Positions 27,830 through 36,300 of a DNA stretch of 64,000 nucleotides are shown here, piece after piece. Where the stretch lies: assembly GCA_963761335.1 (NCBI GenBank), contig CAVXGR010000013.1:32001-96000 (forward strand), written 5' to 3'. Under the pieces are notes generated by a model, which ran no database searches, had not been told where the DNA came from, and saw nothing but the letters and a program-made list of their open reading frames with translations. This DNA comes from an uncultured delta proteobacterium (GTDB taxonomy: Bacteria; Desulfobacterota; Binatia; HRBIN30; BPIQ01). Position numbers and translations under genes: made by a program. The first letter of the stretch is position 1. Every line of letters starts with the position of its first letter.

Positions 27830-27915
27830 CGGCTTCCAGATTGTCAGTCGGCGCCGGCGATTGCCACATGGAGCAGGTTTGACTTCTCGCCGAGGCTGGA
27901 GTTTTGGGTTTGGCC

Positions 27916-30327
27916 ATGCGCTCCTCGACAACGGCAGTCATCCTCGCCTGTCTGCTCACCCTGCTGAGCGCCTGCGCCGGTGACGACGACCGCGCGCCGG
28001 TGACGCCGGCAGCGAGCCCCACCGCCAGCGGTCCGGAGGCGACACCGTCGCCCGCGAGCGGCACTCCCGCGCCGACGGCTCGGCCGCCGGCGCCGTGGCA
28101 GCGCACCGAGACACGCGAGCCGTGCGCCAGCTTCGCGCTGCTGCGCCAGCCCTTCTTCGGCGACCTGCACGTGCACACCGCCGTCTCCGCCGACGCCTAC
28201 CTCTACGGCACGCGGGTGCAGCCAGCCGACGCCTACGCCTTCGCCCGCGGCGAGTCGATCCCGCTGGCCGACGACGACGAGGCGCAGACGCGCACGGCAC
28301 GCATCGAGCGGCCTCTCGACTTCACCGCGGTCACCGACCACGCCGAGTTCTTCGGCGAGGTGAAGTTGTGCAGCACCGCGGGATCGGCGATCTACGACCA
28401 GGAGCTCTGCCAGCTCCTGCGCCAGGCGGAAGCGCCGGAGGATCGCTTCACCGCCCGGGTGGAGTGGCTGTATCCCCTCGGGATCGACAATCCGCCGCTG
28501 TCTCTCCCCATCTGCGATACGCCGGGGATCGACTGCGACGCCGCTGCCGTGTCCGTGTGGAAGGACATGCAGGCCGCCGCCGAGGAGGCCTACGACCGCA
28601 CCGCCGCCTGCCGCTTCACCAGCTTTGTCGGCTACGAGTACACCGCCAGCCCGGCCGGCAAGCATCTGCACCGCAACATCATCTTCCGCAACGAGCACGT
28701 CCCCGCCACCGCCGCCGGCTTTCTGGCCACCGCCGCCGGCGGCATTCCGCAGGGCCTGTGGACGGCAGTGGAGAACGATTGCCTGCACGCCGGCAGCGGC
28801 TGCGACGCCCTGGTCATCCCCCACAACTCCAACCTGAGCGGCGGCCAGCAGTGGCTGGACCCGGCGGACGCCGCCGAGGCGCGCCGCCGGCAGGACCTCG
28901 AGCCGCTGGTGGAGATCCACCAGAACAAGGGCAACTCGGAATGTCGCTTCGATCGCCTCGCCGGCCGCGGCGTCGAGACCAATGACGAGCTCTGCACCTT
29001 CGAGCAGCTGCCGAGCTCCGACGAGTTCCCGGGCACGCCGCCACCTTCGATCGACGACTACCCGCCGCGCAACATGGTGCGCAACACCCTCAAAGACGGC
29101 CTGCGCCTGGAGGACCAGCTCGGCGTCAACCCGTTCAAGCTCGGCTTCATCGGCAGCACCGACACCCACAACGGCAACGCCGGCGATACCGATGAGTACA
29201 ACTGGGACGGAGTCGCCGGCAATATCGACTCGAGCCCGGCGCGCCAGCTCACCGACGACCAGATCCGCAACAACCCGGGTGGTCTTGCCGTCGTCTGGGC
29301 CGAGGAGAACTCTCGGGACGCTCTCTTTGCGGCGCTGCGGCGGCGCGAGACCTACGCCACCAGCGGCACCCGTCCGATCGTGCGTTTTTTTGGCGGCTCC
29401 CTCGCCGACGCCGACTGCAACGCCATGGACCTCGTCGACCGCGCCTACCGCGGCGGCACGCCGATGGGCGGCGACCTGGGCGACGTGCGCGGCGCGCAGA
29501 GCCCGCGCTTCGCGGTCATCGCCCTCAAGGACCCCGGCACCGAGGAGGCGCCGGGAACGGATCTGCAACGGCTGCAGATCGTCAAGGGATGGGTCGACGC
29601 CGCCGGCGAGACGCACGAGCAGGTGTTCGACGTCGCCGGCAACCCCGACAACGGCGCCGGAGTCGACCCGCAGACCTGCGCCACCGTCGGCAGCGGCGCG
29701 GCGCAACTGTGCGCCGTGTGGGAGGATCCGCAGTTCGACCGCGCCCAACGGGCCTTCTACTACGCGCGCGTGCTCGAGAACCCAACCTGCCGCTGGAGCA
29801 CGCGCGTCTGCCAGCAGATCGGGGTGAACCCGTTCGACACCGACTGCGCCGCTCAGGCGGAGCGGGCCGGGGCGGCCTACGCCAACTGCTGCATTTCGGA
29901 TGCGAACGACCCCTTCCACGAGCTGGTCATCCAGGAGCGCGCCTGGACGTCGCCGATCTGGTATCGCCCCGACGCCATCGCCACCGTGGAAGGCGGCATC
30001 CGCTACGGCAACAGCCCCGGCGCCGACACCCTCAGTCTGACCGTGACCCTTGGGCGGCTCCCGGCGGTGCTGAGCGACCCGCAGGCGCAGCTGCACGCCA
30101 GCGTCAACGACGGCGACGAGATCTACAGCACCGATATCCCGGTCGCCGCCATCGATACCGATGCCGATGGGAACGCCGTGGCGCACATCGACAGCGGGCC
30201 TCTCGATCTCTCCGCGGCCGAGCCCGTCGACCACATGGTGGCGGTGACACTCTCCGCGGGAACCTATCGCGCCGAGTACACGCGCCTCTGGCACTTCGCC
30301 GGCGGCGAGCTGCGCGCGCCGGAGTGA
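27916..30327 (+). CDS. DUF3604 family lipoprotein (PHP-like metal-binding motifs), copy 1
   Basis: Lipobox LSAC; FGDLHVHT, LDFTAVTDHAE, HLHRNIIFR, IPHNSN, GSTDTH, RRRETYATSG, QERAWTSPIWY; extra C-terminal domain. Confidence 0.88.
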   Translation: MRSSTTAVILACLLTLLSACAGDDDRAPVTPAASPTASGPEATPSPASGTPAPTARPPAPWQRTETREPCASFALLRQPFFGDLHVHTAVSADAYLYGTRVQPADAYAFARGESIPLADDDEAQTRTARIERPLDFTAVTDHAEFFGEVKLCSTAGSAIYDQELCQLLRQAEAPEDRFTARVEWLYPLGIDNPPLSLPICDTPGIDCDAAAVSVWKDMQAAAEEAYDRTAACRFTSFVGYEYTASPAGKHLHRNIIFRNEHVPATAAGFLATAAGGIPQGLWTAVENDCLHAGSGCDALVIPHNSNLSGGQQWLDPADAAEARRRQDLEPLVEIHQNKGNSECRFDRLAGRGVETNDELCTFEQLPSSDEFPGTPPPSIDDYPPRNMVRNTLKDGLRLEDQLGVNPFKLGFIGSTDTHNGNAGDTDEYNWDGVAGNIDSSPARQLTDDQIRNNPGGLAVVWAEENSRDALFAALRRRETYATSGTRPIVRFFGGSLADADCNAMDLVDRAYRGGTPMGGDLGDVRGAQSPRFAVIALKDPGTEEAPGTDLQRLQIVKGWVDAAGETHEQVFDVAGNPDNGAGVDPQTCATVGSGAAQLCAVWEDPQFDRAQRAFYYARVLENPTCRWSTRVCQQIGVNPFDTDCAAQAERAGAAYANCCISDANDPFHELVIQERAWTSPIWYRPDAIATVEGGIRYGNSPGADTLSLTVTLGRLPAVLSDPQAQLHASVNDGDEIYSTDIPVAAIDTDADGNAVAHIDSGPLDLSAAEPVDHMVAVTLSAGTYRAEYTRLWHFAGGELRAPE

Positions 30328-31376
30328 AGAAGATGGGGACAGGCTACTTTTGCGGACCGGATCGGCGGTCTCACAGAAGCTCGAGGGGCAAGAGTAGCCT
30401 GTCCCCAAGCCGCATACTTCGCCACCCGGCTCTGCACTTCGCCGTCGTCGGCGGGCTCGCCTTTCTGGCGCAGCGCTGGTGGGCGGCGCCGGCGTTGGCG
30501 CGCCTGGACGAGGGCAGAACCGTGGTGGTGCGCAGCGACGACGTCGAGCGGCTGCGCCGCGCCTGGGTCGAGGAGCGCGGCATCGCCAGCAAAGCGCCAC
30601 CGCCGCAAGTGCTGCTCGATGAGGCGGTCGACGAGAAGATTCTGGTTCACGAGGCGATTCGCGACGGCATCGACCGCAACGACCGGGCCGTGTGGCGCCG
30701 GCTCGCCGACCTCGGCCATTTTCTCGATCTCGCCTCGGGAGACGACGAGCGGGCCGCGGAGGCGGCGCGCGCCCTGGGCCTCGAGGAGCGCGATCCGATC
30801 ATCCGCCGCCATCTGACGCAGATGATGGAGCTGGCGCTCTCGCGGCCGGGCGCCGCCGATATGCCGAGCGAGGCCATGCTGCGCGATTTCTATCGACGGC
30901 ATTTGCAGCGGTTCACCGACGCCCCGCGGGTGAGCTTCATCCAGGTCTTCTTCAGCGCCGACCGCCGCGGCGCCGCCGCGGAGCGGGATGCGGCGGCGCT
31001 GCGCCGGCAGCTCGGCGGCGTGGATCCAAGCGAGGCGCCGACGCGCGGCGATGCCTTCCTCCAAGGCGAGTCGTTCGCGGGGGAAACACGCTCCCACGTC
31101 GAACGCGTACTCGGCGCCGAGATCGCCACCGCCGTCGAGAGCGCCGCGCCGCACACGTGGGTCGGCCCGCTGCGCTCCGCCTATGGCTTCCATCTCGTCT
31201 GGGTCGAGAGCCGCGAGCCACCGCGGCCTTCGGCCTTCGAGACGGTGCGCGGCCGCGTCGCGCAGATGTATCTGGAAGGCCGCCGCAAGGAGCTGCGGCG
31301 CGAACGCCTGCGCGCCCTGCGCGCCCTCTATCAGGTCGCGGTCGAGCCGCAGGCGGCGGCACCATCGGGGTCATGA
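30324..31376 (+). CDS. PpiC-type peptidyl-prolyl isomerase (rotamase) family protein
   Basis: GTG start overlaps the DUF3604 stop (GTGA); RILRHPALHF, DPIIRRHL.QMM, VSFIQVFF, WVGPLRSAYGFHLV. Confidence 0.85.
   Translation: MKKMGTGYFCGPDRRSHRSSRGKSSLSPSRILRHPALHFAVVGGLAFLAQRWWAAPALARLDEGRTVVVRSDDVERLRRAWVEERGIASKAPPPQVLLDEAVDEKILVHEAIRDGIDRNDRAVWRRLADLGHFLDLASGDDERAAEAARALGLEERDPIIRRHLTQMMELALSRPGAADMPSEAMLRDFYRRHLQRFTDAPRVSFIQVFFSADRRGAAAERDAAALRRQLGGVDPSEAPTRGDAFLQGESFAGETRSHVERVLGAEIATAVESAAPHTWVGPLRSAYGFHLVWVESREPPRPSAFETVRGRVAQMYLEGRRKELRRERLRALRALYQVAVEPQAAAPSGS
30333..30407. repeat. Palindromic element family A, copy 2 (75 bp, in-frame at the PPIase N-terminus)
   Basis: TGGGGACAGGCTACTTTTGC (30334-30353) and GCAAGAGTAGCCTGTCCCCA (30388-30407), one mismatch. 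Confidence 0.9.
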
Positions 31377-32371
31377 GCATGCGGCGGCGGGAGCGCGCGG
31401 GATTGGCGGCATTGGTGCTGCTGCTCGCCGCGGTGGGCGCTGCGGCGGCGCATCCGCTGGCGCCGGCCCTGCTCGACATCGAGGAGCTGACCCCGGGGCA
31501 GGCGACCGTGATCTGGAAGCAGTCGCGCCTCCAGGTCCCCGGGTCGCATCTCACGCCGCTGCTGCCGGCCCGCTGTGCGGCGAGCGGATTCACCGTTTCC
31601 GGCGCCGACCCGCGGGCGCTGGCAGAGCGCTGGCGGATCGACTGCGGCCGCCGCAGTCTGGCAGGCGAGCGCCTCGGGGTCGGCGGCCTCGCTGCCGCGC
31701 AGGTGAACGCGCTCCTGCGAGTGCGTCTGGCGGACGGCCGCACGGTGCAGCGGGTGCTCGACGACACGGATGCCGATCTGGTGATTCCGCGGCAGCCGAG
31801 CCGTGCCGACCTCGGCCGCGACTATCTCCGACTCGGCGTCACGCACGTCCTCGGCGGTGCCGACCATCTGTTGTTCGTCATTGGCCTGCTGCTGCTCCTG
31901 CCGGCGTCACCAGCTCTCCTCAAGGCGGTCACCGCCTTCACCGCCGGCCACAGCGTCACCCTGGCGCTGGCGGTCCTCGGCGTGGTGCGCCTGCCGAGCG
32001 CCCCGGTCGAGGCGCTGATCGCCGCCAGTGTCTTCGCGCTCGCCGTCGAGCTGACGCGCGCCCCCGACACCCGCTCGCTGCTGCGCCGCGCCCCCTGGAT
32101 CATGGCGCTGAGCTTCGGAATGCTGCACGGCCTCGGCTTCGCTGCGGCGCTGCGCGAGATCGGGCTGCCCTCGGGAGAGGTCCCGCTGGCGCTGCTCGCC
32201 TTCAACCTCGGCATCGAGGCCGGCCAGCTCGCCGTCGTCGGCACCGTCCTCGCAGCGCGCAGCCTGGCGCCGCTCGCCCTGCCGCGCCGCCTGGCCTGGA
32301 TGCCCGCCTACGCCATCGGCTGCACCGCGGCGTACTGGTGCATTCAGCGCGGCGTCGTCGCCTTTTACTAG
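31373..32371 (+). CDS. HupE/UreJ family membrane protein with an N-terminal periplasmic domain
   Basis: Signal ending AAH-P; YLRLGVTHVLGGADHLLFV, TAFTAGHSVTL, VEALIAAS, FGMLHGLGFA, FNLGIEAGQL; ATGA overlap. Confidence 0.9.
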   Translation: MSMRRRERAGLAALVLLLAAVGAAAAHPLAPALLDIEELTPGQATVIWKQSRLQVPGSHLTPLLPARCAASGFTVSGADPRALAERWRIDCGRRSLAGERLGVGGLAAAQVNALLRVRLADGRTVQRVLDDTDADLVIPRQPSRADLGRDYLRLGVTHVLGGADHLLFVIGLLLLLPASPALLKAVTAFTAGHSVTLALAVLGVVRLPSAPVEALIAASVFALAVELTRAPDTRSLLRRAPWIMALSFGMLHGLGFAAALREIGLPSGEVPLALLAFNLGIEAGQLAVVGTVLAARSLAPLALPRRLAWMPAYAIGCTAAYWCIQRGVVAFY

Positions 32372-32469
32372 CTCTCGAGCTCGAGGGTTTTCGGGTCGGG
32401 CTTCCGTCGGCTCAGGCGCTGTCTCCGACAAACGCGCGAACTCCGTAACCCGAAAGCCCCTCAACCGAT

Positions 32470-33180
32470 TTACGGCAAGCTGCGAACGGCGCGGGCGCGG
32501 AACAGGTTTCCGGGATCGGTGCTGGTCACCAGCGGCTTGCCGTTGGTGAAGTCCACGACCCAGACCTGGTCGGTCGAGGAAACGTACTCGTCGGCGGCGG
32601 TGAAGCTGTCCGTGCCGTTTTCGAAGATCGGGTCGACGCAGGGGGCGCTGCTGCAGCCCGGATAGACATCGGCGGAGATCGACAGCAGCTCGCCCCGGGT
32701 GGGCAACCGCCAGTCGGAGTGTCCGGCGAAGCCGGTACCGCCTTCCGTGTTCACGCTCGACAGCCAGGTGGTCGTCGCATCGGTCCAGTTGTAGGAGTTG
32801 TCGACATCGTGAAAGCCGCCGCTGTCGTCCTTCTTCTCCCACATCACCTGCAGGAGCTGGTCGGTGATCGTGCCGTCGCCGTTGTCGATCAGGCGATTGG
32901 TGCCACCAGACCAAACGCCGGTGGGACAGGCCGCTCCCCAATGGAGGGCGGCCTTCGTCCACTTCTTGAGGAGCTTGTCCTGGCACTTGGTGAAGTCGGG
33001 TGCCTCCCCCTTGCGCACCGCCTTGGCCCGCTCCTTCATGATGCAGAAGACGTTCTGGCCTGCGACCTTCAGATAGGCAGCCTCGCACTTCTGGGCGTCG
33101 GTGGGCGGGGCAGCCGAGGCAACGCCGGCGCAGAGCATACCGGTGGCGAGAACCGCGAGCGTGCGGGCAATCAGCTTCAT
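32470..33180 (-). CDS. Secreted DUF1566 (Lcl-like, C-type-lectin fold) protein with a Cys-helical N-domain
   Basis: GGAGG RBS; signal; DNGDGTITD...MWEK, GFAGHSDWRLPT..EL, WVVDF..G, RAVR. Confidence 0.85.
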   Translation of the reverse strand: MKLIARTLAVLATGMLCAGVASAAPPTDAQKCEAAYLKVAGQNVFCIMKERAKAVRKGEAPDFTKCQDKLLKKWTKAALHWGAACPTGVWSGGTNRLIDNGDGTITDQLLQVMWEKKDDSGGFHDVDNSYNWTDATTTWLSSVNTEGGTGFAGHSDWRLPTRGELLSISADVYPGCSSAPCVDPIFENGTDSFTAADEYVSSTDQVWVVDFTNGKPLVTSTDPGNLFRARAVRSLP

Positions 33181-33329
33181 GACTTGGGCCTCCTTCGGAT
33201 TTCCCAGAACGCCGGAGCCCCCCAGCCTCGGCGATCGGGCATGGAGACGATACGTCCAACCGGTCGGAAGTTGCAACGGGAAAAGCGGATCAGTCGATCC
33301 GTGACTCGGCGGCCCAGTGGCTTGGTGCC

Positions 33330-36300
33330 TCAGTCATTGTCGTCGACGACCTCGATCACCAGCTCGACGCTGTCGTTGCTGGGCACCAGGTCGCCCAGCG
33401 GGCCGCTGGCCGTGATCGTGGCGACGCAGCGGGCCGGGCGGCGCGGGCTGGTGCTGCTGAAGGCGGCGCTGTCAGCGTGCACGGCCAGCGTGGCGCGGGC
33501 GTGTCTGCCACCGCGAACGACCACACTGTTGGCCGGACCCGCCGCGGCGCGGCCAAAATCGGCCGCACTTACGGTCCCCGCCGGACAGGTGCCGTTGTCC
33601 ACGGTGACCGTGATCAGGTGGCCGGGCTTCTCCGGCACCGGCAGGAGATCGCCGTTGCCGACTTTGATGTGTACAGTCTTGTCGGCGCCGGCGGCTCCGG
33701 AGCGGATGCGCAGGCGAACCGCGTGAACCGGGCTGATGAAGGTCTCCTGGGGCGAGGGCTGGGGGCTATCGTTGCGGTCGTAGACGTCGAGCTCCAAGCG
33801 TAGGACATTGTTGCCCGGGGTGGCATCCGGGCGGCCGTCGGGATCCACGGCGGTGAAGCTCAGTACGCAGCGCACCGGAACGTTCTTGTTCACGGTCGTA
33901 AAGGTCGCCGCGGAGAAATAAAGAGGGACGAAGGCGACGGCCGTCTTCCCGCCGGTAATCTCGACAGTGTCCTCACCGGAGGAGCGCGGGTTGAAGCTAG
34001 GCACGTCGGCCAGAGTACCCGCCGGACAATCTCCTTCGTCGGCAACGAGCTGGACGGTTCGGCTGATCTTCTCGTTTGCCCGGAAGTCGAAGCTGGGCGC
34101 ATTGTCGTTGCGCACGCGCAGGGGCAGCCGCTTGAAGAACGAGCTCTGGCCCTTCGAAATCACGATACGCATGGGCGAATGCGACAGCACCTCGTTGTCG
34201 ACCGCGGTCAGGGTGCAATCACTGGCGCAGGCGTCACCATCATCGGCATTGCCGTCGTCACACTCCTCGCCTGGATCGACGATCCCGTTGCCGCAGCCCG
34301 TCAGGGCGCAGTTCGACTCGCAGCCGTCGCCATTGACGAGATTGCCGTCGTCGCATTCCTCGGGGCGGCCAATCTGGCCTTTTATCTCGGCCACCAGTCC
34401 GCGGAAGAAATCGTTCCGGGCCGCTCCGGTGACGATCTGCTCGGGGAAGACGCGGGCGATGAGACCGCACTCGATGTCTGCCGAGCAGCTGCGGCCGACG
34501 CGGCCTGCGGTACAGACTCCGCTGTCGCAGCGCCCGGCACCGAGCAGCTGTCCCTGGATGCTCCGATCCATGCGCTTGGCGCGCAGCGCGTCCAGAGTGG
34601 CGGCGACGTCGAGGGTTCCGTCCGGCCGGTACTGCGACGCGTCCGAAGAGCCGTACTGAAAGTTGGTTGGCGCCGTCAGCGCGTTGACGATCAGGTTGAG
34701 GATCACCTGGTTATCGATCAGGCGCTGCGCCGCCTCGTCGAGGCGCACCTGGAAGGGCGCCGCCAATGAGGGAACCGAGATCCAGTTGGGCGGCGGCTCG
34801 CGGTCCGGGGTGTCGTTGGCAATCGACATCGGCAGATCATCGTTCTCGTCGGTGTAAAGAATGAAAACCTTCTGCGCGTCCGGGCGGAACGACAGGTTGT
34901 CGAAGGCAAAATCGATCGCCTCGGTTCCCGACTCCGTCTCGCCGGTGACCGGTGAGTCGAGCTCCGTCAGGGCGCCGCGGAATGCCTCGCCAGCGGTGGT
35001 GAAGTCGGTGACCACGCTCGGGTATTCGACTCCACCACTGTACCGGCCGGTGCCGAAACGGACCAGCGCCAGGCGCTCGTCGACGCCGGCCCGCTGCAGC
35101 TCCTCTGGCAGACTGCCGAGATCGTGGACGAGGTTGGAAACCTCCGTCCGCATCGACCGGCTGGTGTCGACCATCAGGACCACGTCCGCCACCGTGGGAT
35201 CGATGATACCGTCGCCGCAGTGGGGCAGGACGCAGGTGGTCCGGCAAGCGCCGGGGACGGTGTCGCTGTTGTTGCTGCCGGCGTCGCATTGCTCGCCCGT
35301 CTCGACCACACCGTTGCCGCACTGGTCGAAGATCGTCGACACGCTGGCACTGTTGTCGCCGGGGTTGGCATCGGCGCCGCTGGTGCCGTCGTCGGCAATC
35401 GAGACGGTGTTGTCGATGGTCTCCACCGCCGCCGGCACGCTGGCGTCGACGACCACCGCAAAGAGTGCCGTCGCCGGAGGAGCCCCGGCCACGACCGTGC
35501 CCAGCGACAGGCGGCAGGTGCTGCCGGCCCCCGGTCCGGGAGTACAGGTCCAGCCGGCGGCACTGGCGGCGGCAGCGAAGGTGGTGTGCGCCGGCACCGT
35601 CTCGGTGACCGTGACGCCGCTGCTGCTCTGGTTGCCGGCGTTGGCGTAGGTGAGCGTATAGACCAGGCTCTCGTTGGGATGCACGTTGCTGCGATCGGCC
35701 TGCTTGGAGATCTGCAGGTCCGGGGCGGCGGTAATGCTGCTGCCCGCGGTGTCGCTGTTGTCGGCGGGGTTCGGATCGACGCCGTTGGTGCCGTCGTCGG
35801 CAACGCTGGCGAGATTGCTCACCTGCTCGCCGGCGGCCGCCACCGGGCTGTCCACGGTGACCGCGAAGATGACGCTTCCGGTGGCATTGCCGCCGAGATT
35901 GCCGACGCTGAAGGTGCAGGCGCTGCCCGCGCCGGTGCCCGACGGGCACGACCATCCGCCGGTGCTGCCGGCAGCCGAGAAGGTGGTGTTTGCCGGCACC
36001 GTCTCGCCAATCTGCACGCCGGTGGCATCCTGCGTGCCGTGGTTGGCGTAGCTGAGGGCGAAGTCGATGCGATCGCCGGGGCCGGCGTCCGTGTGGTCGG
36101 AGGTCTTGATCAGGCGCAGATCCGGCGCCGCGTCGATCGGCGTCGTATCGCTGTCCGAGTTGTCGGCTGGGTTGGCATCGGCGCCGTTGGCGCCGTCGTC
36201 GGCGATGCTGGCGCCGTCGTCGAGCTGATCGACACCGGCGGCCAGCGGTGCAGCGTCGACGATGACGGCAAAGACCGCCGCGCCACCGCTGCCGGCGCCG

